Below are positions 25,999 to 39,323 of a stretch of DNA of 64,000 nt, piece after piece. The position numbers and the translations under genes were made by a program. The stretch is from Patellaria atrata CBS 101060. Taxonomy: Eukaryota. Within the stretch, counting starts at the first letter, position 1; every line of letters starts with the position of its first letter. The stretch lies in NCBI GenBank assembly GCA_010093705.1, contig MU006099.1:62001-126000 (forward strand), written 5' to 3'. The notes under the pieces are model-generated. The model had not been told where the DNA came from. It ran no database searches and worked only from the letters and a program-made list of their open reading frames with translations.

Positions 25999-26333
25999 AT
26001 GTCCTCCCCACCCTCATCCCAATCAACAGAACGCCACACCTCCTACGGCCGCGGCGGAGCCGGAAACCTACGTCGGCCCTCTGAGAACCATATTCCATCC
26101 ACTTCTCCTGAGCATGGTATGTTCTTCCTCTTCTGCTCCCCAAAACCCCTTCCCATAACCCCTTACACCATAACCCCCCACAAAACTAACCCCCCACCCC
26201 AAATCCAGACGCACACCGCCGCCGCCACCGCCGTTCCTCCACCTGGTCCAGGACCAGCGGCAGCAGCACATGGCGGACTTTTTTCCGGCGGAGCAGTACG
26301 TCCAGCTCTGAGGCGATGGTGGGATCGGAATAG
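25999..26333 (+). CDS. Small (80 aa) GRGGAGN-motif protein, DUF3602-like
   Basis: SYGRGGAGN motif. Intron 26117-26208 (GTATGT...ACTAAC...CAG). Exon 2 reads DAHRRRHRRSSTWSRTSGSSTWRTFFRRSSTSSSEAMVGSE*. Confidence 0.7.
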
Positions 26334-27133
26334 CGCAGTGAAACCTTACCTACCAAAGAAGAAAAAAGAAACTCTCTGCCATGGGAACGGGAAGGAGCGG
26401 GGTGAGGAGAGCTGGTGTACTGTACTGTAAAATTGGTAATTTGTTTGCTTGTATTGTTGGTGTATTAGATTGCTGTATATTTGAAAAGAGTAAATTGATA
26501 TTTTCATGATAGTGAGGATGAGGATGAGGATGAGGATGGAAAGTGTGAGGTAAGGAAAGGGTTGCGAGATTATTTACGAGAGCAGTTGAATGATATGTGA
26601 TGTAAAAGATGTGAGATACTTTGAGGTAGAGTTGTACAATTGATAAAGTGGAAAATGGAATTGGGATTATTCTCGTGTCCTGCCCTACCCGTACGCCCCG
26701 TGGAGAAAAGGGTTTTCCAGATATCTTACCTCTACTCGATTTCTTAGTCTGTGGCGAGTCGCCGACCATGAATTCCCTGCTATAGACTTTGAACTTTCGG
26801 TACAGTCAATCTGAAAATGGACTCTGATTTCGCCGGGTACAAGCAGATATAATGAGTAGATGGGCTGAACAACGTAGAGGGCAAGTTGGGAATGACGGTA
26901 TATGCTACATTCCAGTAAGAGTAGCAGTTCCAAATATAACGGAGGGAGACGAGTATGAAAGGAAAAGGCGATCTGGATTATTCGTGTGCACAATGACTAT
27001 TTTTTAGTATTTGGATCTCAGGAATATTTAACATCTACATCCATTATCATCGAATGTGTAGATGGCGATTATCCAGTAAGGGAATAATCAGCTGAAAAAA
27101 TCAGGTACTACTTACACGGTACACACATGTGCT

Positions 27134-29341
27134 TCATCCACTGCCAACATCGACAATGTGTGTTCGCTTCAAGGTCAGGTAGGGATCTTCACCCCCTATC
27201 GTGTTCCCCTCAATCGGCAGCACGCACAATACTCCCCACCTTCCTGCGAACACCCATACAACGATATGCACAACCAACAGAACCAACGAGAAGTTATTCC
27301 CAGAGCCCCGACCCAACCCCACAGGTCTTGTGCGTACCAGATCAAGTGACGCGAGGAACAGTAAAGGGTAACCCACCGTAGGGTTGTACGCAAAGGGAGT
27401 ACATGGCCTCTGCAGAGACCAAGCCTTAGCGCCGAAGAGTGCAAGCCTAGCCGCTATACGAACCTGTGGACGTGCCAAAGCCCTGTGAACCGAAGTGGTA
27501 GTCGATACCCTAGGAAGGACAAGCACTGGTGGTGGGGGTGGGGGTGTATCAGCCCGCGTGATGCGCGGGTTCACCTTGTCTAGGAGCGGAGGCGAGGGTA
27601 TGGGCCCAGCTGCGGCGGAGACGCTGTCGGAGCGGATATTCCGTAGGATCTCCTCGGTGCTAGGACGGGATGCAGGTGCAAGTGCAAGGAGACGATTAAG
27701 GAAGAGGTACAGTCTCTCCGGGAGGTCGTTGCGCTCTCTCTGGCTCTCGTCAAACCCGGACCACGAGGTAATCTCATCACGGAGCCTAGCAAGGTCTTCG
27801 TTCTCTTCGTTGAGGACATCCGCGTTGTCGTAAGGCAGACGTGCAAAGCACATGAAGTAGACAATCATGCCGAGCGAGAAGACATCTGATTTCTTCGTGA
27901 AGTTGCCGAGACCTCCACCGGAGGATGAAGGCTTCAGCACCTCGGGGGCACAGTACGATACAGTACCAGTTGCGCCAGTCGACTTTCGCAAAGCACCTGC
28001 ACCTTGGACTTCGCCGAAGTCACTGACCAGGACTCGAATTTTTGTCCCAGTTCTATGTAAAAGACAATTGCTTGGTTTGAGATCACGGTGAATAAACCCA
28101 TTTGCATGGAGATGATTGATCCCCGAAGTGATATCTTTGAAGAATGAATAGATCTCATCGAACGGTAGACGACGAGGGCCTTTTAATGCGATTGGCGGTT
28201 CGAGCTGACCTTTAGACCTGCGACGCATATGCTCCTTCATTTGTTCTTTTGTAAGCTTAGACTGTGCTCCGCTCATAATATACTTATGGAGATCCCTACT
28301 GTTGCAGTACTGCTGAAGGATGAACGCATACGGAACACTCGGGCCAAATCGAGTAGGCTTGAACTCCTCTAACCAAACATGCCGATATGAAACCAGATTT
28401 TGATGAGAAAGAGTCTGCAGAAGTTGTACCTCCTGAAGAACCTTTTCAAGCCACTCATGGTCATCTCCGACTGGAACACGTTTGCAAGCAAAATGACCGA
28501 GCGAGACACCATCGAGAACGTGTTTAACCAGCAAAACAACCCCTTTACCACCCTTACCTAACTCTCCCTCGTCAATGAAGAATCTTTTAAAGTAACCTGG
28601 GCTGAAAGCCGTCGCAGAAATGCTGTGTGGACTAGGCGGTGTGGTACGACGGTCGAAGAGTCGTCGTCGATTGAAAATAGGAGGTCTAGCAAGCACCGGA
28701 GCAGTGGTAGAATCCTCAGTCAATACCGATTCAGTACGATAGGAACTAGAGGAGACAGGAGAAGGCGAAATATGACGGTTATGTGAGCTAGGAGGACGAG
28801 CATTGCTACGGGATCGATTGGTAGTGAGAGCATCTTCATATTGATGTGGTGAGGGTGGGCGCGATGATGATGGTGACGCAGATGAGATAGATGAGGTTTC
28901 ATGAAGCATGCGAAAGTAGTCTGGATTGATGAAGGTCGCCTCGGATTCTTGTTGTGAGCTGTGCCTCTCCATAAGATCATCTGGGTCATTTGTTGATTCG
29001 TAGTTGTCGCTATGCAGGTCATTACGTGTGTTATTATAATCATCATCCAGGGCATGATCTGTACCCTGAGGGACAGATTGATGGCAATAGGGACAGCGAT
29101 TTGTACGCTCTAGAGCGCCTGAGCTCGAGTCATTTCGAAGTGAAAGCTGTTTCGATTGCTCGTCATAGACAACAACAGCAGAGCCATGTCGACTGTAAAG
29201 CGGACAATGTTAGTATTGAGACGAGAAATTTTGACTTAGAAATGGGAGCTAATAGGGCCTAACATACAGTACAATTGCTCGAGATTCTGCTGGTTGATAT
29301 GGTACAAGAGACATACTCCTAGTTGGAGTACCGTCCGCCAT
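27134..29341 (-). CDS. IKS1: IKS1-like Ser/Thr protein kinase
   Basis: Motifs GELGKGGKGVV, FACKRVPVGDDHEWL, HRDLKPSN, DFGE and GTVSYCAPE, with C-terminal hydrophobic segments. The N-terminal exon MADGTPTRSMSLVPY..AIVL is spliced to an exon containing CPYC that is in frame with the 612-aa ORF. Confidence 0.9.
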
Positions 29342-29925
29342 TGGGACGCGGAAAGAGAAGGAAAGGTTTCAACTGGAATCAAGAAGGAGAGCGAGGGTTG
29401 CTGCACTCGAGAAGACTGAGTTCACCTAGGTGAAGCGCAGATTTAGAGGGGCGCATTGTGGAAGATTGGCGTAGTGATAGTGATAGATTGAAGTTGTGAA
29501 TAATGGGAAGTTGTTAAGAAATTGTCAGGTGCAAGGGCAAATCTGTACAGAGGTTCCCCAAAGATCGCCATTCAACCCCGCCACCAGCACCACCATGTGA
29601 AAATCACGTACTCAGTATCAGCTCATCGTTAGCAGAATTATCTAAATATACGAAGCAGTGGTTTGGTTTAGATCCTACGTCTTAGGTTTGGACATGCAGG
29701 TCGAATAGTATGGTACCTGTATACATTCAAAACCATTTATCATCATCCAACTTGAACACTATGAAATCGTAAATGTTTGACTTGGAACCATAACCGTCTA
29801 AACATAACAATCATTCATATACTTTTAAAAGGCCAATCCATGCTTTCCTATGCTTTGGCATGCTTTCCATGCATACAAGCACCCCTTTCATTCGAAACAG
29901 AAAACTGGTAGTAATACCCGGTAGA

Positions 29926-31684
29926 TTAGTCCACTTGCTCCCAGCGACTCTGCTCGATAGCTTGCTGTACTGGGCATCTGGCCTTCACGGTATTCGTCCT
30001 CTTGAGTCTTTGAACATAACTATTAGCATCCGATTCATGCATGATGAAGCAAAAAAACATACCGTTCAAACAGTCGGAAGAGCTTTTCAGCCTCACGTTC
30101 TTTATCCTCAATGAGAGAAGGCGTTCTCGACGGTACTTCCCCGTCCTTCTTCTGAGCCTGGACTGATTTCACTTGTCCTGCACTGCTGAATGCTTCCGAA
30201 GCAGATGTGGGAATGGCCAAATTTTCAGTCACAAGAAAGCTGGCAGCAAAACTATATCCTATGTTTTGAACATATGTGTCTGCACTTTGATCAGATAGAT
30301 CGAACATCAATGTTTGGATAGAATTTCGCAAATTAGGTGTCCACGATGATGTTGATAGCTGTAGAAGACGAGAAGGAAGTTTTTGTGATGCTTCATGCGG
30401 AGAAGTTTTGTTCTCGTTTATGGGGAGAAGCAGTGCTCGCATTTGCTTCTTTACACTCTCAGGTGCACAGGCATGGATCCTGATGAGTATATCCACGACT
30501 GGACCGGCGAGGGCATCTAATTCTTGTTCAGGATAACAATCCATAGCTTTTTCCAGGATAGTGATCAAGTGAATAGTATTACAACTGGGATCGGATGATG
30601 GGAAGAGGGGATTAGTTGTGAATCGACAGCACTTCTGATCTTCTAAGTCAAGGCAGCCCAACAGATTGATCAAATAACGGACTGGTGCTGCGAGAGGTTG
30701 TTCAGAAATCTTCCTGCGGTAGAGTATCTTCAACAGATGTGGAATAGAAGTCGTAAATGTATCTGAGAAACCTGGATAGTAGTGAATAATGTTGTAGATC
30801 AGTTTGACGTTTTCTGAAAGGGCGCCGTCATCATCCTGCAGAGGCCTTGAGTGTCTGCGAGTGGATTTAGAGTATCGTTTTGAATGGCGAATTATATGCT
30901 TTAATATGTCAACGACTCATACGTCCGGAACAAATTATCCACGCATACCGTATTAAGACTCTCTGCGAGTAGATGCTGTCCAAGGAGAGGTTCAAAATTG
31001 AGATTCGTATCATAAGTCATTAAAAAGAGTATTCGAGAAATTAAGAATTCATCTTCTACATTATCGATCTAATTTTCAGTCAGTATGCATTTCAATACGC
31101 CTTAGACTTCCATTGAAGTGTTGATACCTTCAACCGTTCTGCAGCTTTGACAGAAAATCCTAGATCTACCCATCGTTGTCGTGTCTCGGGGTTTAGAAGA
31201 AAGATATTTGCAAGACACCGTAGTGCTTCTCGGGATAACGAAGATGGACCGCTGTCCAAAGCAATACGTGATATTGTATGGATGCTCTACTCAAGGGAGT
31301 AAGAAGTTGCACAACTTTGCGGAGTAGAGCTACGGGAGTCCGAACCTCAATGGTATAGATGGGATCGCAACCATCTGCAACTCGAGACTGTACTTTAAGT
31401 TCCTCAAGTACTTCGCTACGTTCTATCCAAAGATCTTGTCAGACTAGTGCGGAGAATCCCGGGAAGTTCGGAATCCGAGAGTTTTTAAACTTACGTTGGG
31501 GCAGTAGTGTGGCTTCTTCTAGGTCAATACGAAGCATTTCCATCAACGAGGCCACATGCTCGTGCTTTCCTCCGGAGAGACGCCTCAACGGTTGTCCGGG
31601 GAAAGTTGATGCTTGACCTTCCATTTCATTACAATCTGGCGGAAATAGCGGCAACGAGGCCATTCTTGAAGAAACTACTGGCAT
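29926..31684 (-). CDS. RIC8: Ric8/synembryn G-alpha GEF and chaperone (divergent)
   Basis: Multi-exon gene with SREALRCLANIFLL, DEFLISRILFLMTY, YVQNIGYSFAASFL and EREAEKLFRLFER|LK. Confidence 0.85.
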
Positions 31685-32456
31685 ATTGACATTTCAGCTT
31701 CTAGGGACAGATGAAGTCCGCAGACAAGCCGTAGAAGTTTTTATGGTGAATATTGTCTCCATCCGCGTCCGGACATTCATGCAGGGTTGGTGTTTGAGAA
31801 TAAGGAACGATTTTGAGCCCTCGATCAAAGGACTGTGCGGAGGGCGGAGTTAAAAACAACAAGCGGATCCACCCAAGGGATGCAGGATCATGACTTCGCA
31901 GAATTCATTGTGGTACAAAAGCAGTTGGGTCAAGAGATCGTACGGACTGTGTTGAACAGAAGACTGAAGACTCGAGGGTAATAATGATGGTCATCTGTAT
32001 CATCCATGTTTGTTGTCTCAAATATTAGCCGCATGTGATGTGACGCAACTGGCTGGAAGCGAGTCCGATATAAATTCGTATTGGATAAAGGACGAGCTTG
32101 CTAGGCATCATGGATAACTTGATTTAGGAGTTGAATCTGATGGAAGAGAATGATATACTCCATATGCGGATGATGATCGCATGTGGTTTAAACAGTATAC
32201 CTACGAGGGGATGAAAATAATATCAGAGCTAAGATAGAGAGCTACAGTGCTATTCCTCTTCCCTTGTTCATGGCGGGGATGTAAAGCAAGCCACAAGTTT
32301 ATGATCATCCTGTCCGTCAAGACGGGAGGATCTTTGGCGAGGGATGATAAACAAGTGTGTGGCGCTCTTCGAAAGCAAAAGCGGTGAGGTGCTCTCAGGG
32401 GGTTGGTGAGGTGGTGAAGCTCTTCGGGCACTCTTCGGTCTCTCATTAAAGTGCAC

Positions 32457-32492
32457 ACGCGCTGGGCTCGCGCGTGGAGTCGCGAACCGCGT
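32457..32492. promoter_or_regulatory. Cluster of CGCG-core (MCB-like) elements upstream of RIF1
   Basis: ACGCGC, CGCGCGT, TCGCGA and CCGCGT fall within 36 bp, ~160-190 bp upstream of the RIF1 ATG. Confidence 0.45.
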
Positions 32493-32647
32493 TGAAGATA
32501 CTAATAAGGTATAGCAATAGACCCTGCCACTTCTCCACTGTCTATAGTATATCTCCAACTCCATCAACCTCTTATGGGTTTCCAATTCTTCTTGTGATCG
32601 TCTCCTGATTCAGTTTCTTTGTCTCTATTGCATCGGCCAAGGGGGCC

Positions 32648-35600
32648 ATGGCGTTTCCTTCTGCATTACACACAATTCGACCACCTACTCCACCTCGAGA
32701 TCTTAATCGAGACATCAGTGATGCACTTCATTTCCTCGATGATAGTTTCGAGGTCGACAGAACTCTTGGGAACATTCAACCGCCTTCCAGTTCTCCAATT
32801 GCGCAGTCACCGTCCTCCTCTGCCGAACTGCTCGCTACAGGCTCCTCTAAACCCAGGAAGAGGGTAGATTTCTCCCCATGGACTAAATATCACAAAGCAA
32901 CGGAAATTCGTGATCCTGCTATATCGTCTCCTCTTCGACCTCTTCCCTCTCCCCACGACCGTAAACCTTTAAAATCAATCCTCAAGTCTAATGACTCCAT
33001 GGCCAATGTTGGGTCTCAGAACCCCGACCCCTACAGTCCTAATCGGAGCTCACCACCTAGCCAGGACTCATTTCCAGAGATGTTAGAATTTATGGCACAA
33101 CAGTTAGCTGTAGACAACAAACAAATCCGTTTGGATGCATATAATAGCTTGTTTGAGACCTTGCAAGCCCACGGCAAATTTGTGGACTTTCCTACCCTAG
33201 GAGCTAAGATGGGTCTCCTATCCCAATTCCTAGAGAGAGATCTCCGAATTTCTAAGAAGTCGGCCGATACGTCGGATTTAAATATTATAACAAAGGCCCT
33301 CAAGCTCATTTTACTGCTACTGCAAATACCCGATGCCGCCAATACCATGGGTGATGCTTTCTGCACATTCTTGGTTAACGAGTCAGTATCTATCTTGGAG
33401 GATGCCAGCACACCCAAGGCTCTTGCCAGTCATTATTTGCATTTACTAGCCCATCAGAAGTTCAGCGGGAAGGTAATGACCGTGGAGCGAGTTTCCCGTA
33501 TCCTGGACACTCTACAGAGCATACAGGACCGCGTAAAAGGCAATGGGGCCATTGCTGCAAGACTTGTCATCTATCAAAGGCTACTTACTCAGTCTCGCCA
33601 GATTATGACAAACAAATTTTCTGTCTGGATAGAGCACGTCTTCCATGGCATGCTTAGTAGCATCATTGAGATACGGAATCGTGCTATAGAGCTTGGACTG
33701 TGCGCATCACTTGCCCTTGGTTCAAACAGTCAAGTATCCAAGGTTGTCGTGGATCTATTGAATAGAAAGGCAGAAGAGGGGATAAGTTATGGACAGTTCA
33801 TAGCAACAAGAGTAAACAAAATGTTGGATAAGAAAAGGGACAACTTGTGCGTACCACAAATATGGTCTGTGTTCATGCTTTTTCTTCGAGCGAAGCGGCA
33901 AAGTTTTGAACGGTGGCCGAATATCAGACTTTGGATCTCCATTATGCAACGCTGCTTCAACTCTTCAACCTTACGGAAAGCGAGTAATGTAGCCTGGAAC
34001 AGGTTCGTCTTTGCCCTTAATCCGGACACATCGACCCCTATGAGCGTGATCAGAATGCTCCGACAACCACTAGCAGCCCAATTACACTATAAAGGTGGAG
34101 ACAAAACCACTAAAGAATTATCTCTGTTTTCATACTCCAGCTATTGCAATTTGCTGCATTACGCTTTTCGGCCTAATGAACCATCAACGCAATTAACGCT
34201 CTATTGGGCCGAATTCGTCTCTCCGATAATAAAGGATATGGCCCCGATTAGTACGAAGCATGCTAATGCGGCCACTCGTGTCCTTATAAGTCTCTTTGGC
34301 GGATCTACCCCCAAGGTTTGGAATGAGAATATTGCCAATGAAGTCAGTAACATCACTCCGGACGATATTCCTCGTCTTGACACAAAATGGATCCGACAAA
34401 ATCTCTCTCTAGTGCTGCAAGTTGTAGAACCATGTCTGAAAAATTGTTCTTGGAGCTCTAAACCTCAGGAAATCCCCCTTGCCAGGAAACTGTGGTCCAC
34501 ATTAATGGTTGCTCTTGCAGATGCTGGAAGTAAAGAAGTGAAAGCTTCCATGGAGCTGAAAGAGGCTATTGCAAGCCTCACAAACTTCATCCACACTTTC
34601 TGGTCTTTTCTGGAGTCGAATCACTTAGAAAGTGGTTCCCTACCGCGTATAGATGTAGATGATTTCGCATTCTTGATAAAAACGGCTATGGAGAGTCTAG
34701 GTCCAATCCACTTCACCGAGAAGACGCTGGTCCGGAAGGGTAACGAGAGCGAATTCGAGGTTGCTCCAACTCCTTCTCATCGTGGAAGGACATCAGGGAA
34801 ACTTTTCCAGGCTCCGATACTACATATTTTGGAACTAATGCTTCCCCCTAGTCTCACAGCTACTACAAAGATTGCTGTATTGCGCTCACTCCTTTTACAC
34901 TCAGTGGCTTCGAAAAACAGCCGGAGCGCTAAGATGGCATTTCTTCGTGATTGTGCAGACGTTACCAGAATCGAGTCATCTAGGGAGGAAAGTGTATCAT
35001 TTAATTTTGATGTCTGGCACATTGTTGCAGACCTCGCTGAAGTTAATTTACGTTCAAATAACGATGAAATGAACAGTACATCTCAACGTCTTGGGGAAGA
35101 GTATGCGAATGTATTAGCCATTATCAGAGTCGGTTTCTACTTTCCACAATATCTTACCTCAGGTTCCATGGGCGAACTATTCATTGCTCTTGCAGAGACT
35201 GTCACTCAAGAGACTGGTTCCGCTGGAATGGTGATTGCAATTACAGAACCTTTAGCGGCGGTACTGATGGCAGAGTCGAAATTACTAGATCCTAAACTAG
35301 TTTTATCGCACACAACGCTCCTATTAGAGAAGACACAACATCCCTCAAAGAGGAAATTAATGGAGGAAGGGAGAAAGCTTCTTTCGGGGATAACGGTCCT
35401 CTCGAAGACGACAGACTTCGATCCATATAACGAGCTCTATTTGTTAATTGCTGATGTCTCCGTGTCGTGCTATAAAGGTCTGTATAGATACGACCATGAA
35501 TTAGTCTTGCAGTATCTTATATCTATGATACGGTTCATATCGACTAGCCCGACTACCATTGCGGGAACCATCCTTCATCAAGTTCAAGGTGGAATATCCA

Positions 35601-38165
35601 CCTGGATCATGGATGCAGAGCAGAAACTGACTGGTGAGCTTAAAGAGCTGAAATACAAGGTATGAGTGAATACTGCAGTCTCGTTACTGAGGTAATTGTT
35701 ACTGACTCTCATCTAGGCTGTTCTTCTTTGGGAAACTGCTGTAAACATATTGAAGGACATTGCTATCACAGACTCTCGACAACTGAATACTTTTGACGAG
35801 CTAATTGCCTCTGGACTTCTGAGTTCTCATGCAAAAATTGCCAATAAAGCTATCGAGACATGGAATTTCACTTTTAGAAAGGAACAACTATTAGAATATC
35901 CGCCTCGTGTGGAGGCTGCTTTGCGCAAGTTGCGATCCCACGTTGATCTAGAAACCCCCGGTCTCTCTGGTGACGGTGAAGATGCTGTAGGTCGCTATGA
36001 AACCTCTAACTGGACTCAACTAACCTTTATAGAAATCCCCGGGTCCGCCGCAATATCTAGATTCCCAAGATTCCTTCCTTGAGGAATATTCAGATACTTC
36101 CAAGAATATGTTAAAACCGCCTCTACAGCATTTACCAAAGACTCGATCACCAGCCAGTGACCATCCAATTCGTCAAAGACTATCGACCGAATCACCAAGT
36201 ACGCCCACACGTAAACCTAAACCTTCCCACCAAGATTCACAAATAGAGTTCGCTGCAGTAAATTCTTCCCCTAACCATGATCTCAATGCGGAATCTCAAA
36301 ATCTCACTGAGGACCGGAAGGAGATCATGGAGAAGCAGCAAAACTCTACAGTTGCGATGTTCCTTGATATTCGTTCTACTCCACATTTGTCCTCGCCTTT
36401 TCTTTCCACTCCGACAACCTTTCTAAGAAGATCGCTGGATAAAGAGTTGGAAAATGGGTCTACTACAATTACTCTCCCAATTCCCGTTCATAGACCGATG
36501 GACGCTTGTGTTAACTCGTCACCAACGCCGTCGTCCTGCTCAAGAAGAGGTCCAATTTTGAGCGACGAGGTTGACATAGCTACTCCTACTACAACTCGTT
36601 CAATTCCATTCGAGACTCTTGCTGTCGACGTTCCATCATCTCCACCGTCGATGTGCGATACTGATCTCCCTGTCGGATTCGAGGGTGATCATCACATTGA
36701 GGAGATGGACCAGATGAATGTTAAGATTCAGAATAATGGTCTTGAGGCTACGTCGACCGAAAAAGAGACGTATCAACGGAGCTCTGAAGCGGACTCGTTG
36801 CTTAATGCGCAAATCGATTGTGAAATCGAAGCCCGAGCGAATCGTTCATTACTAGATATCTCGACGGCGGACTCCAACACACCAGGGACACCTTTGGAAA
36901 GCCTACCTACTACACCATATCTACCCAGTGATACGTTTGTAGATGCTAATCCACAACAGCAAACTACGACAGACATTGACCCAGAGCCTGAAGTATTCAT
37001 TGAAGCTTCTCAGCCGTTAAGAGTTGGTGAGGAACTAGACCAAGGTATCTCAGTGAATCAAAGCCACCAATCAGATATTACCTCCGGCAGTACCAGTCGG
37101 GTTGAGAGCTCGTTCATCGCAGAGCAACAAGCTGGGAACTCTATAAGTCCCGTCAAACAATCTGCACAAGTAGGGGTATTCCAATCCCAATCACCGTCAC
37201 AATCGGAATCGCAATTGGAACTGCAAACGCAAACACAATCGTCTCATGATTCTATTGCAAGCACCGACGAATTACAGAAGACAAAGAAACGAAAATCTCC
37301 AATAACGGCGGGCGATACACACTCAGCTAAACGTCAGAAGAGGAAATCGCCCATTAAACGAGCTTTTAACTCGTTCATTAGCCATATAACTGGTACACCT
37401 CCCGCTCCAGAGGATCAGGATGATGAGATCTACGATTGCATTGCAGTGACTACCTCTCCTATTCAGCCACAAAACGTTTCCCAAACGGATAATATCAAGT
37501 CTGAACCCGTTAACAAGAAACTCCGGTCATCCAGAGTTTCCCAAACACCTTCAGAAGACACCAGTGTCGTCGCAGAATGCAAGCCACGCAAGAAGAGAAA
37601 GGGAATGGCACCAGATGAATCTTCAGACCCACTTGCCGCTCGAAACGAGGGTGAGGGTGAGGCCACGCAAGAGAGCTCCACGCGGAGAGGACGCAAGAAG
37701 CAAAAGCAGAGTCAAGAGAAGGATATCAGCACTGCTCTAGGGTCGTCCGCTGTTTCTGCATCCAGCAGGAAACTTAGTCATGTCTTGATCGATATATCTG
37801 ATATGGTCTCTAGTAACACCAGCACCCCTGTAGTGGAAACAGAGGATGAAACGGGCGCCGATGCCGTGGGACGTGGGACAAGTGTAGCCGAGGGTGGTAG
37901 AGCCCCGACAGGTGTTGAAACAGTAGATGAGGACAAAGCTGGGTCATCTAGCCAAGGAAGCGTTGCAAATGAACGGCGAAAACTCACGCCTAAGAGCCTC
38001 ATCGAACGGCTTAAGGGTATCTTATCGGATATTCCGTCCCTCGTGTTTGGGTCCCCACAAGAGCTTAGGGAAGTGGATGATGTCGTGTTGGACATCATGA
38101 GATCTGCTCATACGGCTGCTCATGAGGCCAAGCTCAAAGCAGAGGGAAGATTGTCAGAGACGTGA
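32648..38165 (+). CDS. RIF1: Rap1-interacting factor 1 (telomere length and replication timing regulator)
   Basis: N-terminal PP1-docking motifs KRVDF and SILK, a helical Rif1_N-like region (VPQIWSV, WISIMQRCFN, AWNRFVF, IETWNFTF..LEYP) and a disordered C-terminus. Exons 32648-35659, 35717-35986 and 36033-38165. Confidence 0.9.
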
Positions 38166-39323
38166 TTTAGCTATTGCTCTGCTTCCACTAGCTAATATTT
38201 TGTAACATTAAATGGACTGAGGTTGTAAGGAGGGGGTATCAGATCACCCATCACCCATAATGTTACTATACAGATGTCTTTGACATGAAGATCTTCCTGT
38301 AAGCATTATTGCATAGTTAACAATCATACAAATGCAAAACGCTTTCAACGTGAATAACTTTATGTGTTAATCGTGATTCTATTCTGGGCTCTAACTCATA
38401 TAGTCTATACAAGCCAGCTATAACCCCCCAACAACCTACTTCCCTCACTAATTGATCGGTGCGAGAGTCATGCATGTAGTGCTGTACGATAAACCCAGAA
38501 ACGCCATGTGGGCACCTTTTTCCCTCTCTCGTCTTTTACTGCCTCGTAAGGCTTCTGTGGCTTTCGCACGCAGTTGTAAACCCCGTTTGACACGTCGTGT
38601 ATACGCACTCAACCTGAAACGTACCTATGCCTTGGCCTGCGTTTCACGGGATTGGTGATCTTTAACGTTGCGTTCGTGTGCTTGCAGATGGGTGTGATTC
38701 TTCCATGCGTTCATACCCACGAATGATGTTAGCTGTCTCAGACGGTTAGACGGTTGTTACTGGTGGGTTATATGTATGGAATGTTTAGGGGGTATTGCTT
38801 CTTTAGATGAGCTTTCTGGTGGACTGGACCGATGGATGGAGAGACAAGTACGGGGTATGGTTTACGGTATATGGTATACAACCGGTAACTCGTAACAGGA
38901 TTCGGACGGGTTTGGTGGGGGACCTAAGGGTGACGGTGCGTGGGCAGGGGGCCCTGTAGCGGGGGGGGAGGGAGAAAGGGTGAAGCTTTTCTGCCCCTCC
39001 AGCTGTCTCCTGTCGTCGTCAATCCCATAAACCAACTCTTCTTCAGCTTCTCGTCTTAAACTGTCTGTTACCGGTAGAATCCTCAATCGTGGAGACTACT
39101 GCTCGACTACTTGAACCCAGCTACCTGCTCTATCAATTTCTTCTGAACAATTCCCTCTTTTCCATCCCGGAGAACTCGAGCTTTAGTTCTTTAGACCCTT
39201 ATAACGTCACTTCATCTCTCACCTTCCATCACCGCGTCCCAGTGGACATTGGATATATCTCTCTCTACCTTCTTCTGAATCACCTTCTACACCAGTCCTC
39301 TACTAGAATAAAACATCGAAGCA

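Noticed and set aside
32030..32140. Possible C/D snoRNA (GTGATGTGA...CTGA) between RIC8 and RIF1
   Set aside because: The C box is imperfect, and I found no terminal stem or recognisable rRNA guide.
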